DNA of 64,000 nucleotides, taken from IMG/VR virus record IMGVR_UViG_3300046520_000318; one strand, written 5' to 3'. A program made the position numbers and the translations under genes. This document shows, in pieces, positions 35,696 to 46,910 of this stretch. Numbering within the stretch: the first letter of the stretch is position 1; each line of letters starts with the position of its first letter. The notes below the pieces were generated by a model, which did not search any database, was not told the origin of the DNA, and was given only the letters and a program-made list of their open reading frames with translations. The DNA comes from an uncultured virus (IMG/VR IMGVR_UViG_3300046520_000318) (taxonomy: Duplodnaviria > Heunggongvirae > Uroviricota > Caudoviricetes).

Positions 35696-36906
35696 TGGCA
35701 GAGGCTCCTCCGGTCCTTCGCGGGCCATGGCCTGGCGGAATAAACAACCGCGCCAATGAGTTCGCAATGCCGGCCGGCACGGTCAGGGATGCCTTGAACG
35801 TCGATCCCGGCCCAAACGGCGTGTTCATGATGCGCGCTGGCTACACGAAACAGGTGTCCGGATCCGCCCTGAGGGGAATCCTCAGCGTACAGAGTTATGT
35901 CCTGATGGCCGACGGCGCGACCCTTCGCCTGTTCGACGCGCAAACCGACTCAACCAGCTCTCTGAAAGCCATTGCCAGCTATGGGCGGGTCGCTGGGGCC
36001 GTATTCAACCAGGAACTGTTTTTCTGCACCGAAGACGAATGTCTGCGGTTCCAAGGCGGCACCTTGCGGACTTGGGGAGTGCCATTTGTCAGCAGTCAGC
36101 CAGTCCCCGCCATAACCGATGGCGGTCTGTTAGCTGGGGAATACCAGTGCTCGGTGACATTCGTCGATGCGCACGGCGATGAAGGTGGTACGACACTACC
36201 AATTGTCGTCACGGTGCCCAGTAACGCAGGGCTTAGCTTCACTCTGCCTACGCCGCCAGATGGCGGGAAAGTTCGCCTGTACATTGCTCCAGCGCAAGGC
36301 AGTGAGCTCTACCTGCAATTTGAAGGCGTCGGAAACTTCCTCTGCTCCACGGTCAACACTGATACGCAGAGACTGGAAACGGAAGGCCTCAGAGCCCCGG
36401 TGCCTGGCGACTACATCTGCGAGGCTGGTGGCGTCATCTGCATTGCAGACGGCAAAACGCTTTGGCTGACTGAGCCTCTAAGACCTCACTTGCGCAACCA
36501 GGCAAAGCGATTCTTCCAATATCCGGCCCAAATAGACGGCATCGTCGCGGCTGACAACGGCTTATTCGTCCTTTCTGACAAAACCTACTTCGTTTCCGGG
36601 GTAGAAACCGACGAGCCTCAGCAGCTGGACATTCTTCCCTATGGCGGCGTGCGCGGGTCCATGGTTAAGACGGTCGACAACTTCGCCGCATGGATGACCG
36701 GTTATGGGTTGGCGAAAAGCGATGGTCTGGGCAAGGCGGCTTTGATCAGCGCCGCAAACTTCTTGCCAGGCCTCGCCAGTCACGGAAGCTCCGGGATTAT
36801 CGAGCGCAACGGTAGCCAGTTGGTGGTTACCACGATGCGCAGCGCTTCGGAGGTCAATCCTCTCCGGGCCAACGACTACTCAGAAGCGGAGATCGAGATT
36901 CTATGA
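35695..36906 (+). CDS. Tail structural protein (nozzle/stabilisation-like)
   Basis: GGINN...RDALNVD N-terminus; beta-rich. Confidence 0.55.
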   Translation: MAEAPPVLRGPWPGGINNRANEFAMPAGTVRDALNVDPGPNGVFMMRAGYTKQVSGSALRGILSVQSYVLMADGATLRLFDAQTDSTSSLKAIASYGRVAGAVFNQELFFCTEDECLRFQGGTLRTWGVPFVSSQPVPAITDGGLLAGEYQCSVTFVDAHGDEGGTTLPIVVTVPSNAGLSFTLPTPPDGGKVRLYIAPAQGSELYLQFEGVGNFLCSTVNTDTQRLETEGLRAPVPGDYICEAGGVICIADGKTLWLTEPLRPHLRNQAKRFFQYPAQIDGIVAADNGLFVLSDKTYFVSGVETDEPQQLDILPYGGVRGSMVKTVDNFAAWMTGYGLAKSDGLGKAALISAANFLPGLASHGSSGIIERNGSQLVVTTMRSASEVNPLRANDYSEAEIEIL

Positions 36907-37415
36907 GCACCCATGAAAAAAACGCGCCGCTTGGCAGTGGACTTGTCTTCATTGGCGAGGTGATCGATGCCGACGGCAACGTCCTGCAGCGTGGTGTGGA
37001 TGCGAACCTGAACCCTCAGGTCGGCGTTGATTATGTCGCCGGCCTGTTCCTTGGCACTCAGCCAGTCATCGCGCCGTGGTATGTGGGCGTGTATGAGGGC
37101 AACTACACCCCGGTGAAGGCCGCTAAATCATCCGACCTGCCAAGCGTGATCGGTGAGTCGACGGCGTATAGCCAGACCTCGCGTCCAATCTGGACCGCTG
37201 CCTATGACGGTGTGAGCCTGATCACCAGCATCAATAACCGTGCAGTTTTCACATTCACGGCGGCCAAACGCCTGTACGGCGGGTTCGTGGTTTCTGAGTC
37301 TGCGAAAGGCGGAAACACAGGCGTGCTGCTGTCGATTGCTCGTTTCGCCACGCCGTACGACATTCCTGCTGGGTCGACGTTTCAGCTCTATCAGACACAG
37401 AACGTCCTCGCATAA
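36903..37415 (+). CDS. Virion structural protein
   Basis: WYVGVYEGNYTP...FTFT...YGGF...GVLLSIARF. Confidence 0.6.
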   Translation: MSTHEKNAPLGSGLVFIGEVIDADGNVLQRGVDANLNPQVGVDYVAGLFLGTQPVIAPWYVGVYEGNYTPVKAAKSSDLPSVIGESTAYSQTSRPIWTAAYDGVSLITSINNRAVFTFTAAKRLYGGFVVSESAKGGNTGVLLSIARFATPYDIPAGSTFQLYQTQNVLA

Positions 37416-37430
37416 CGAAGGCGAGACCTC

Positions 37431-38552
37431 ATGGCCAACAAGCTGGTAAAGCTGGCAACAACAAACGCCTGGGATGCGGGTGCGGTCTCGGCCAGCGCTC
37501 GTTCAGCAGATCTGGTAGCAAGCCTCACCTTTGTTGCTGGCAGCGCAGGTGTGATCGCCGGCCTGGCACCCGCGCTAAGCAACCCGTCCTCGACATCAGT
37601 TGAGCATGGTTTCTTGGCGCAGGCGGGCATGCCACTTCGTGTCATTGAAGGCGGAACCGTAGTTGCCTCAAGCGGAATCCAGTTCAGTGGCGATATCACG
37701 GTCTCGATTTATCGGGTTGGTTCAACGGTTTACTACGTCGCCGGTGACTGGAATTACACCAGCGCAATCCCTTCGGTGGGTGCGCGCGCACTCCAGACGG
37801 TTTTGTATTCGCCAGGTGATGCTGTGGATAGCCCGGCAATCAGCGTCTACAGCCAAGACATCGGCAACGCAGGTATGTCGAGCACGCTCACGTTGTCAGA
37901 TGAGTACGGCTATGGAGGCGTCCTCTACGGTGATCTGAGTAGCGACCTCTCCCTCAGCAGCGAGGCTGGCGGCGGGATCTACATCGTAGCGGGCATGGAA
38001 AGCACCATCGTCCTGCTGGATGGCGGCGGGGCGAGTGTCGAAATAGTCGCTGGCATGCAGAGCATTCTCCGCTTATCCAGTGAATCAGGGGTCGACGCGC
38101 TCGCGTTCCTGCAGTACGCCACCAATCTCTTGACCGGAGCCGTTACCCGATACGTTGGCTTCGAGTTCGACGGCTTCTGTCGAGTCGGGATGGAAACCTA
38201 CGCTTTCAGGTCTGACGGGCTTTACCGCATCGGCGGGAGTAGTGACGCGGGCCAGCCAATCAACATGCTGATCGATTTCGCCGAAGAAGATCTCGGGACA
38301 ACTCAGGCTAAGCGGGTCGGAAACGTTTTCTTGGGGCTTGAAACCGATGGTGATGTCGTCGTGCGGATGACGGGTGACGATGAACGAGAAGGCAGCTATC
38401 GAGCGTACAAGCGGCGTTCAGAATTCAGGGCTGATCTGGCCCGAGGTGTTAAATCCAGGCATTGGAACATGCGCCTCGAAGTGACACAGGCGACTGGCGC
38501 TCAGCTGGACAATATCGAATGGGTCGTATCGGCCAATGGTCGGCGAACGTAG
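37431..38552 (+). CDS. Virion structural protein
   Basis: 373-aa ORF in the tail module. Confidence 0.55.
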   Translation: MANKLVKLATTNAWDAGAVSASARSADLVASLTFVAGSAGVIAGLAPALSNPSSTSVEHGFLAQAGMPLRVIEGGTVVASSGIQFSGDITVSIYRVGSTVYYVAGDWNYTSAIPSVGARALQTVLYSPGDAVDSPAISVYSQDIGNAGMSSTLTLSDEYGYGGVLYGDLSSDLSLSSEAGGGIYIVAGMESTIVLLDGGGASVEIVAGMQSILRLSSESGVDALAFLQYATNLLTGAVTRYVGFEFDGFCRVGMETYAFRSDGLYRIGGSSDAGQPINMLIDFAEEDLGTTQAKRVGNVFLGLETDGDVVVRMTGDDEREGSYRAYKRRSEFRADLARGVKSRHWNMRLEVTQATGAQLDNIEWVVSANGRRT

Positions 38553-38564
38553 CAGGGGTGATGC

Positions 38565-39512
38565 ATGGCATCTGATTACAGCAGCACAACCAGTCAGCTC
38601 TTCTCGAGTGCGCAGTCGGCGACCGGGCTTGCCTCGCTCAGCGCGGGTCGAATTGGGGCCGACGTCAAGCCGAACCTGAGCAACCCATCGCTGACCTATA
38701 CGGTAGGGCCGAAAAGCTTTGGGTCTGCGCCTCAGTTCAGCGATCTGTTCACCGGGGCGGATAACACGGCGGCCACTACGGCGGCCCTGAATGATCAGGT
38801 GGATGCGTGGCTGCAGAAATACTTTCCATCGATCAATTCAGGGTTCAAGAATGTGCCCGAGGACTATCTGATCAATGTGATCAGTGGCGTAGTCCCGTTC
38901 GGCGTCGAAAAAACCGTTTTTGATCTGGTCTGGCAGCAGGCGCGCGATCGAGTGTACAAAACGGTTCGTAGTGAGCGCTCAAGCCTTGAAGCGGCATTCT
39001 CCTCCCGTGGGTTCTCCTTGCCACCTGGTGCGCTTGTTGACGCTCTGGCCCAATCGGAGAGGCGCGCTACTGATGCCTCGATTGATGTTGTCAGAGAGCA
39101 GGCGATCAAAGAGGCCGACATCAAGGTCGATATCCTGAAGCATGCGGTGGGCATTGCTGCTCAATTAAAAATGGGCATTCTCTCGACTAGCGCCGATTTC
39201 TTCCGCTCCTATTACAGCGTGTACAACCTCGGCAACGAGACCGCCCGGATTCGCGCCCAGGCTTACCAGTCGTTCTACAACGCCTTGAGCAATTACTATG
39301 GCGCAGAGACAAGTTGGGAGGCGTTGAGGCTTCAGTCAGAGACCGAAAAGGTGGATCTTGCCATCGGCGTCGATCGGAACAAGATCGGCCTTTATTCAGC
39401 AGGTTCTGGTGCGAGTCAGGCCCAAGGGCAGGCAGTCGATGCCTTCGCCAAGATCGCAGGTCAGGCTTACAACGCGGCTGGTTCCCTCACCGCTCAGATC
39501 GAGACGCTATGA
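38565..39512 (+). CDS. Virion structural protein
   Basis: FSSRGFSLPPGAL motif; helical. Confidence 0.55.
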   Translation: MASDYSSTTSQLFSSAQSATGLASLSAGRIGADVKPNLSNPSLTYTVGPKSFGSAPQFSDLFTGADNTAATTAALNDQVDAWLQKYFPSINSGFKNVPEDYLINVISGVVPFGVEKTVFDLVWQQARDRVYKTVRSERSSLEAAFSSRGFSLPPGALVDALAQSERRATDASIDVVREQAIKEADIKVDILKHAVGIAAQLKMGILSTSADFFRSYYSVYNLGNETARIRAQAYQSFYNALSNYYGAETSWEALRLQSETEKVDLAIGVDRNKIGLYSAGSGASQAQGQAVDAFAKIAGQAYNAAGSLTAQIETL

Positions 39513-41737
39513 CCGATTCCCTGCCGGTCACTGTCAAGCCGATCACCCGTACAGGCTCGAAACTGTACGGGCAAGCCCGCCGACTTGGGAAGTCAGCGAG
39601 CGCCTCGGACGTCCAGTCGAAATATGAGATTCAGGACGGCTACATAATCCGTGCGAACCGCGCACTTGAGTCGTACAACGTCTTCATCCTCGATCCTGCT
39701 GCGATGATCATGCACGCCGGTCACACCCTGGGATTGCGCAACGAACTGGGGCCAGTAGGCGCTCGAGATGACTTCTTCGACCCTGACGGAACGAAAACCT
39801 ACAAGCTGCGCAAGGACACAGAGGATCAGACCCTTCTTACCGTGTCGGTGCCCGCAATCCCTGCAGGAGAGGGGGGTAATGCGCCCACGGTTTTCGATCA
39901 GGCATTCGCCCCTGTAGTCCTGGATTCCGGATTGCTGTCCATTGGTTATCGGCGCGTACCGATGGCCCTGATCAGCTCCGAAGTGCAGATGGACACCTAC
40001 GACCACTTCACCTTCGCGCAGAACGTCAGCATCGGCTTGACGCTCACTACAGCAAGAGAGTCGATGGTTTCTCAGGATGCAGCACCAAAACAGAACTACC
40101 TCGCCCTGAACGTGTTCTGGATCAGCGAAAGAGAACTGACTGGCGGCTGGGCTTTCCAGCAGCGCAGGCTGATAAACCGAGCGGTGTACCCCGGCAGCAG
40201 CCCCTATGCCGCGGGCAAGCGGCCACCGCTCTTGCGCGCGCACGGTAGCGTAGTACCTTCCGCTACGGCCGATGGTGAAGACAAGTATCAAATGGTGGCC
40301 GAGGTTGTTCGCCAGTATCGCCAGACGTGGGCTGTGCCTGGTGGCACCTACTACGACATCTTGGGCGAGCACGGCCTCCTCATTGGGCGAGGTACGGTAG
40401 ATCGTCGAGACTTTGATCGCGAAGAGCCGCAGCAACTGCGTGCAGATATCGACAGCATGGTTTACGTCACTGTCGGCGATATCCCTCGCGCCGACATTCG
40501 TCCGCAGCCGGCGACGTTCTACGGATTCCCTTCTACGGACGCAAACGATCTGGACCCGTCCAATCCTCCACCTACTGGCGTGCCGACACTGACCACGTAT
40601 TCGTGGTGGCTCAATCCGATGTCCGCCCGGTACTCAGACCAGTTCGGCACCGAAGGATTTGCAACGTTCTGCGTGTATTGGGCCCCCAACCACACATCAG
40701 GAGCAAACGGTACCTCGCTGAGTTATGGGCAGCGTGATGCAACCATGGCGGCCGCTATCCTTGTCATAGACAACGACAACGAAGTGCACGTACTGAAAGC
40801 GGACTTCAACGACCCGCTTTACACCGAGTCAGGGTGGCGGCCTATCGACGGTGCCGAGGCCGACAAGTTCGTTAATCCATGGCTGATCGGCGTTGAGTCA
40901 GTTAAGCGGACGGATCCGGAAGGCGGCGTCAAGCGAACAGCCTACGCGCTGGTCTGGGAGGAATGGCAGTACAGGGGGGAGGGTGGCACCAGCCCTGATC
41001 CCCGGCCACCGCTTGAGTCAGACACCATGGCATGGGTCGGCAGCGCATCAATTGGCGGGGAGTTCGTGCTTTACATCGTTGGCGATTCAGGGCCCGCTCG
41101 CGTAGTGCTTGGCGGTGAAGTCGCTGCTCTGATGCATCCAAACATGGGCAATCCCGGCAGGTTCGAGTTTCCACTAGACGCCAGCTACTTCGCCGCCGGC
41201 AATACCAGTGAGCCATGGTGGACAGACAAGAACGGTTACGGCGCGTGCCAGTACATGGGAGACAACAAGCTGGTGACGGCCTGCATCCCAAACGAGCTTT
41301 TCTACATGTACACCAAGTATTCGGACAACACACTGAGCGAGGCTTATGGGTTCGGCACCTACATCGATCCGCATATGGTCAGCTGCATGGTGGTCGACAC
41401 GGTCAACGGCACGATAGAAGTCCGCGGCCCCATCAAGCAGCGAGTGTGGTCCGATGAGTTCTGCACCATCACCTGCGCGCAGTGGATGATTCCTGCAACC
41501 GACGACGTAGCCGAGAGGCCGGCCGTGTTGCTGGCCGGATTCCACACGAATATCAAGGGCACTTTCCCAGATGAGCCGTATCCGGTCGACACTGTCTACC
41601 TGTCGGTTGATGGTGGATGGACGTGGCGCCTTTACGTGGAAGATTACACCGGCGAGAACGGTCCGTTCCTCATTGGCAATCAGTTGTGGGTCAATGACCC
41701 GTCAGTACGCATCGACACCGGAGAAATTGCGACGTGA
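39509..41737 (+). CDS. Large virion/tail protein
   Basis: 742 aa; C-terminal Asp-box-like YLSVDGGWTW. Confidence 0.55.
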   Translation: MTDSLPVTVKPITRTGSKLYGQARRLGKSASASDVQSKYEIQDGYIIRANRALESYNVFILDPAAMIMHAGHTLGLRNELGPVGARDDFFDPDGTKTYKLRKDTEDQTLLTVSVPAIPAGEGGNAPTVFDQAFAPVVLDSGLLSIGYRRVPMALISSEVQMDTYDHFTFAQNVSIGLTLTTARESMVSQDAAPKQNYLALNVFWISERELTGGWAFQQRRLINRAVYPGSSPYAAGKRPPLLRAHGSVVPSATADGEDKYQMVAEVVRQYRQTWAVPGGTYYDILGEHGLLIGRGTVDRRDFDREEPQQLRADIDSMVYVTVGDIPRADIRPQPATFYGFPSTDANDLDPSNPPPTGVPTLTTYSWWLNPMSARYSDQFGTEGFATFCVYWAPNHTSGANGTSLSYGQRDATMAAAILVIDNDNEVHVLKADFNDPLYTESGWRPIDGAEADKFVNPWLIGVESVKRTDPEGGVKRTAYALVWEEWQYRGEGGTSPDPRPPLESDTMAWVGSASIGGEFVLYIVGDSGPARVVLGGEVAALMHPNMGNPGRFEFPLDASYFAAGNTSEPWWTDKNGYGACQYMGDNKLVTACIPNELFYMYTKYSDNTLSEAYGFGTYIDPHMVSCMVVDTVNGTIEVRGPIKQRVWSDEFCTITCAQWMIPATDDVAERPAVLLAGFHTNIKGTFPDEPYPVDTVYLSVDGGWTWRLYVEDYTGENGPFLIGNQLWVNDPSVRIDTGEIAT

Positions 41738-42729
41738 GAACCTACCTGACGATTCCGTGCCAAAGCGATGCTGGACTGCTCAAGACGCTGATGGTCGAGC
41801 CGCTGACAGGCGAAGTTGCCAAGACCGTCGACTACTCCCAGCAGCCGCTACAGGACGCGATCGCCCCGTTACAGGCGGCGGCTCAGACCGCGTACGGCGG
41901 CAGCTACCAGTCCATCTCTGAGGTTTACAAACTGATCGGCGTCAGCGCCACAGACGAGCTGATCTTTGCCATAGGGCTGGTACAGTCAGGCGGTGCGCTC
42001 AACTTCATGCAAGACCTGCTGCTGATGGCCGTATCACCCGCTGGCGTATCCCGCACCATCGCTTCCAGCCACGTCCAGATGGATGCACCCTCGTGGCTGG
42101 GTGGCGCCCCCGTGCTGAACTTCGCCGCCGGCGGACAGGAAGAGGCCTACTTTTTTGGTCTTGATCCAGCCCAGGCCGACGCCCCCAGCGGGGTCATCCC
42201 ATTCGCTCTCTATGAGCTGAAAGCCAGCGGCTACTTGAAGTCGACACTGACCATGCCCAGCGGGTTTGCCGCGAACTCGTCTGGACAATTCATCCGTTCT
42301 GATGCGGGCGAATCCATGTTTGTTCTGGATGACAACCAGACCTCAACCAGCACGCTATACCTGATCCGCAAGGTTGGCAGCACCTGGACCAACAAGAGGA
42401 ATGTGCAGGTACCAGGTGTGCTCATCCCTTTGGCATCTGTTGCTGCGCTGGCTGCGGCTGACGGTGTCGGATCCCTGGACTATATAACCGGCGATGCCGA
42501 TCCTGCCCATAGCTCTTCGCAGGGCTACGACGATCTAGGGAACTACAGGCTGATCACCGAGACCCTGACCAGTTCGGGGTTCAGTGGTACTTCCGACGTC
42601 CGCATGATCATGGACGCAGCGCTTGGCGAAAACACCCAATTCGCAGGCCCAGCGGCCTTCGCCTCGCGAATTGCACTGCCACCGCCGGCGTTCTGGGCGA
42701 ACATTGTCGGAGCCGAGGTAGCTGCTTGA
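41734..42729 (+). CDS. Virion/tail-associated protein
   Basis: GTGA overlap; 331 aa. Confidence 0.5.
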   Translation: MRTYLTIPCQSDAGLLKTLMVEPLTGEVAKTVDYSQQPLQDAIAPLQAAAQTAYGGSYQSISEVYKLIGVSATDELIFAIGLVQSGGALNFMQDLLLMAVSPAGVSRTIASSHVQMDAPSWLGGAPVLNFAAGGQEEAYFFGLDPAQADAPSGVIPFALYELKASGYLKSTLTMPSGFAANSSGQFIRSDAGESMFVLDDNQTSTSTLYLIRKVGSTWTNKRNVQVPGVLIPLASVAALAAADGVGSLDYITGDADPAHSSSQGYDDLGNYRLITETLTSSGFSGTSDVRMIMDAALGENTQFAGPAAFASRIALPPPAFWANIVGAEVAA

Positions 42730-42753
42730 TTGAGCGGTACAGTCACATAGCCT
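42726..42753 (+). promoter_or_regulatory. CAGTCACA promoter-like element before the ejection genes
   Basis: TTGATT-gagcggtaCAGTCACA-TAGCCT. Confidence 0.78.
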
Positions 42754-42777
42754 GCGGGTATCAGCATACCTGCGGGA

Positions 42778-44505
42778 GTGACAACAATGGCAGTCGGCAA
42801 CCTCGTCGGTGACCTGGCTACGGCCTACCTGACACCAGCACAGCGCGCCGCTCAGGCAAATGGCGTGCAATCCATTACGGGCGGGCCTATCGCTCGAGCA
42901 TCAAGCCAGCTTCCTGCGGCGACTGGTCTGGCATCTCTGGCGCCCGTAGTTGCCGCGCAGCCGACAGCCTCTGTCCCCCCAGCACAGCCAGTCGGGCTTG
43001 ACTCTCTGTCACCAGGTCAAGCCCCGGCCAGTGCAGCTACCTCAACTGGAACCAGCTCCACCGCAACTCAACCGGGGAGCCTTGCATCGTTGTCTCCAGT
43101 GGGTACGCCGCCATCTGCCAATGCCGTGACAGCGCCAGTCTTCAATCAGCCTTCCACAACTCAGGCCGGTGGTGCCCAGGCTCCTGCCAGTTTGGAAAAC
43201 GCATTCCGGCCTACCGGGATCGGCACCGGTAGCAATGCCATTGTCACTCGCACCGGAGTCGGGGGAGTCCCTGAATTCTCCAACCAGTCAGCAGATCTAG
43301 CCTCGGCGGCCGGGCGCCAACCGACAGCGATTGCTGCACAGCTTCCAAATTCCCTCTCTCAGCTGTCACCCGGCTCCGGTCGCTCTCCAGATCCACAGGC
43401 TTCGCTGGGCTCATTGGGCTCGGCATCGAATCTGGGCGACGGTATTGGCATGTTCAGCCAAGCCCAAACCGGTGATTCGGCTCTGGCCATGTCGCGCTTT
43501 CAAAAGGCTAACGACTTGCGCGATGCGTATCGGGATAAGGATCGTCTGGACAATGCGCTTGCCGCCAATACTCGGGCGAACAACACGACCATCGTGCGAG
43601 ACAGTAGTCGGCCAATCACACGAGCGGACGTGTACCGTGATCAGCAGGACCAAGCGGAAGCAAAGGCCCGGCTGGATACCATCTCATCAGCCCAAAACGC
43701 AATCATTGGACGCCAGCAAAGCCGGGGCACAGAACAGGCTCTTCAGCGCAATGCGCGACTTGAAGACATTCTTTCTGCAGGACAGGCACCGGGAGCAACG
43801 CCGGAACAACAGGCCGCAGCGCAGCGAGTCCTCGATCCTACTGGAAAGAATGCATTCGCTCGGCAGCAGGCTCAGGCTCAGCTCAGCAATACTCAACTAG
43901 AGGGGCAGCTGAAGCAGCAGCAGATCCAGCAGAATGCCCAATCGCAGCAGCAGGCTGCGCAAGACAGAACTCGAAGCCAGGCTGGGCAGGTTGCAACCAT
44001 TGATCAGGCGCTGGCGTCAGTGGATTCTCTCCTTGGCTCGAAAGTTGATCCAAAAAACCCAAGCGGTAAACGTCTTGACGAGGATCCTGGACTAGAGGGT
44101 GCGGTTGGCTTCTCCTCCATATTTCCGACGGTTCCAGGCTCCAAATCAGCAGATTTTGAGGCAAAACTGGATACGCTAAAAGCGCAGAGCTTCTTGCCTC
44201 AGGTGGCTCTCTTGAAGGGTGCTGGCGCGCTATCGGACGCAGAGGGGAAAAAACTCTCCGACTCCATCGGAGCGCTTTCGCCGAAGATGAGTGAAGAGGC
44301 CTTCCGCAAGTCACTCGCAGATATTCGGTCAACCTTTGCTGCGTCTCGCGATCGTTTGGGTACGCCAGCCTCCCAAGCGCAGGCTGGATCGGTACGCGCA
44401 TCGCCACCCGCAGGAATTCCAACGGTGACATCCAAAGCTCAGGCAGATTCGCTCCCACCAGGCGCCATCTTCATTGGCCCCGACGGCAAGCAATATAGGA
44501 AATGA
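42778..44505 (+). CDS. DNA ejection/transfer protein (P22 gp20-like C-terminus)
   Basis: Ala/Gln/Ser-rich; PGSKSADFEAKLDTLKAQSFLP.V..LKG.GALSDAEGKKL. Confidence 0.7.
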   Translation: MTTMAVGNLVGDLATAYLTPAQRAAQANGVQSITGGPIARASSQLPAATGLASLAPVVAAQPTASVPPAQPVGLDSLSPGQAPASAATSTGTSSTATQPGSLASLSPVGTPPSANAVTAPVFNQPSTTQAGGAQAPASLENAFRPTGIGTGSNAIVTRTGVGGVPEFSNQSADLASAAGRQPTAIAAQLPNSLSQLSPGSGRSPDPQASLGSLGSASNLGDGIGMFSQAQTGDSALAMSRFQKANDLRDAYRDKDRLDNALAANTRANNTTIVRDSSRPITRADVYRDQQDQAEAKARLDTISSAQNAIIGRQQSRGTEQALQRNARLEDILSAGQAPGATPEQQAAAQRVLDPTGKNAFARQQAQAQLSNTQLEGQLKQQQIQQNAQSQQQAAQDRTRSQAGQVATIDQALASVDSLLGSKVDPKNPSGKRLDEDPGLEGAVGFSSIFPTVPGSKSADFEAKLDTLKAQSFLPQVALLKGAGALSDAEGKKLSDSIGALSPKMSEEAFRKSLADIRSTFAASRDRLGTPASQAQAGSVRASPPAGIPTVTSKAQADSLPPGAIFIGPDGKQYRK

Positions 44506-46856
44506 CGATGGCTGATCAGGATTGGCTCAAGGATTACACACCTATTGACGCATCCCCTGCACCGCAGACTGCTGGTGTACCAACTCAGCCAACAGCGACT
44601 GCCCCAGCGGGGGGTGCAGCTGACCACTCATGGCTGGATGCGTTTACCCCTGTGGAGCAATCCCAACCCGCTGCCGCCGGCGCATCCAAGCCTGTGACTC
44701 CTGAAGTTGGAGCAGGCGAATCATTCGTTCGCGGGTTAGGGGATGGCGTCACCTTCGGCTTGCAGGATGAGATCATAGCTGGGCTGGACGCGGCGGTTCA
44801 GCCGCTTATACCGGTGGCAGAGAATGGGTCCGCCGCTCCAACGTTTGGTGAAAGGTATGAAGCCAACGTCGCAAACCAGCGCGCATTGCTAAAAGCAGGT
44901 CAAGAACAGAATCCAATAGCTTCCGTTGCGGGCAACCTTGCCGGGGGTGTTATACCAGCGCTAGCAACTGGTGGGGCGTCTGCCTCTGCCAGCTTAGCCG
45001 GGACAGTCGGGAAGGGCGCAGCAATGGGTGCCGGATATGGAGGGCTATACGGCTTCGGATCAGCGGAAGGTGATGTCACGGAACGCCTGCCTGAAGCGGC
45101 TACAGGTGCCGCTATAGGCGGAGCCATTGGAGGCGCGCTGCCGGCGGTTCTGGCGGGAGGTTCGGCGCTGGCACGAAAGGCTGCGGACTCTGGCGCAGCA
45201 CGCATTGGCATTGATGCTGCCGAGGATGCGACGGCCGTCAATGCGCCTGCGCTTGCTCCGGGAGCAGCACAGCCCGCAGCCAACGCTGCCGATGAGGCTA
45301 CTCAGGCAATTGTCAAAGCAGCAAACGCACCTAAATCTGCACAGGAGCTCACCCAAGGAGATCTTGCAGCGGTAATTAAGCCTCAGCAAGATGTCATTGA
45401 TGCCGCTGCGCGGATCGGGGTAGACGGCCTGACACCTGCTCAGGTTTCTGGGAGCCAAGCCTATCGCAACATCGAGGGCGCTCTCTCGGCAATCCCGGGC
45501 AGCGCCCTGAACGAGCAGAAGAAATCCAGTTATCTCCAGCTGGCGCAAAAAGCCGACGATTTCATCAACGAATTCGGCGGAAGTACCGACAAGGCCGCCT
45601 ATTCCGATCAATTCAAACGCAATGCAACTCAGACCATCGACGGGCTCAAAGGTCAAGCTGACGACCTGTATGGCTACATCGGCCAGCAGATTCCCCGTTC
45701 AACCCAGGCGCCAGCGGATAACACCATCGCCTACCTTCAGGGAAAGATGGCTGATCTTGGCGGTGCCCCGCTGCTGAACGGCGACGAACGAAAAGCGCTG
45801 AGCATCCTGTCGCCGAAGGTCAGGACTGAGCCGAATCCGATGATTCCCGGCACGATTCAGACCATCACCACAAATCCGACCTATGCCGCGCTGGATTTGG
45901 TGCGCAAGCAGGTAGGGCAGGGGTACAGCCGGACTGGTCCTTTCAAAGATATGCAGCAAGGACAGCTAGACGCCCTTTACGGCACGCTGACCCGTGATCA
46001 GGAAGCCCTGATTAGCTCGGTTAGCCCGGAGCTCGCCTCCGTGTATCAAGGTGCCAAGTCGATCGTCGCTCAACGCAAAGGATTAGAAGAGGGATTGCAG
46101 TCCGTTCTAGGCAAAGACCTGTCCGGCTCGATCGCGACAAGCCTCGGGGCGTCGGTCAAGCAGCTCAGCCAGGGCAACTTCAAGAACTTCGACAACATCA
46201 TCCAGCACATCCCTGAATCAAGCAGGCAAGACGCGATTGTCACCGCCTTGAATGACGCCTTCACCAACAAGTCTGGCGCTCAGAAGCAGCTCAGCGCTTC
46301 CGGATTCGTGAACTGGTACGGCGATCTGAATAGAAATAATGCTGCGCGCGCAAGGCTGACAAAATACCTGCCAGAAGATGCTCAGAAGCGGTTGGACGAT
46401 ATCTACACCGTGGCGAAGGCAATGAAAGATGCCTCTGATGAGGTAGTGAAAACCGGGGTCTCTCTCGGAGTGCTGAAGGATTATGCTGCCCAGGGCGGAT
46501 TGTTGAGTCGAATCTGGGACGTCGCCAAGCCGGCGGCAGCCGCAGAGGGAGTGACGAGTAGCCTTGGCCTTCCTGGTGTCGGCGCTATCGGCGTCATTGC
46601 CAACGCAGCAGCTAAGCCGCGCACGCCAATCCAGGAAAGCGCGAGCAACCTGCTGGCCTCGCCTCAATTCCAGAACATGGTCAAGGCATATGCCGCCAGC
46701 GGTGGCAACTTGAGGGCCAACGTGCTTGCCCGTGAAAAGCAGCTTGTCCGCACTCAGACCTATCGCAAGTGGGAGAGCAACCTCAGCGATACATCCCGTG
46801 CCAGTGTGCAGGCAGTCGGGCCTCTCGCATACCTGACGGCCGGTCCAGAGCAGTAA
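44502..46856 (+). CDS. DNA ejection/transfer protein (P22 gp16-like)
   Basis: Gly/Ala-rich hydrophobic N-half with helical C-half; follows the gp20-like gene. Confidence 0.65.
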   Translation: MTMADQDWLKDYTPIDASPAPQTAGVPTQPTATAPAGGAADHSWLDAFTPVEQSQPAAAGASKPVTPEVGAGESFVRGLGDGVTFGLQDEIIAGLDAAVQPLIPVAENGSAAPTFGERYEANVANQRALLKAGQEQNPIASVAGNLAGGVIPALATGGASASASLAGTVGKGAAMGAGYGGLYGFGSAEGDVTERLPEAATGAAIGGAIGGALPAVLAGGSALARKAADSGAARIGIDAAEDATAVNAPALAPGAAQPAANAADEATQAIVKAANAPKSAQELTQGDLAAVIKPQQDVIDAAARIGVDGLTPAQVSGSQAYRNIEGALSAIPGSALNEQKKSSYLQLAQKADDFINEFGGSTDKAAYSDQFKRNATQTIDGLKGQADDLYGYIGQQIPRSTQAPADNTIAYLQGKMADLGGAPLLNGDERKALSILSPKVRTEPNPMIPGTIQTITTNPTYAALDLVRKQVGQGYSRTGPFKDMQQGQLDALYGTLTRDQEALISSVSPELASVYQGAKSIVAQRKGLEEGLQSVLGKDLSGSIATSLGASVKQLSQGNFKNFDNIIQHIPESSRQDAIVTALNDAFTNKSGAQKQLSASGFVNWYGDLNRNNAARARLTKYLPEDAQKRLDDIYTVAKAMKDASDEVVKTGVSLGVLKDYAAQGGLLSRIWDVAKPAAAAEGVTSSLGLPGVGAIGVIANAAAKPRTPIQESASNLLASPQFQNMVKAYAASGGNLRANVLAREKQLVRTQTYRKWESNLSDTSRASVQAVGPLAYLTAGPEQ

Positions 46857-46910
46857 CTGGCATGATGATCGGCGGCCGTTTATGATGTTCTACCGTACAG
46901 AGGTAGCGCC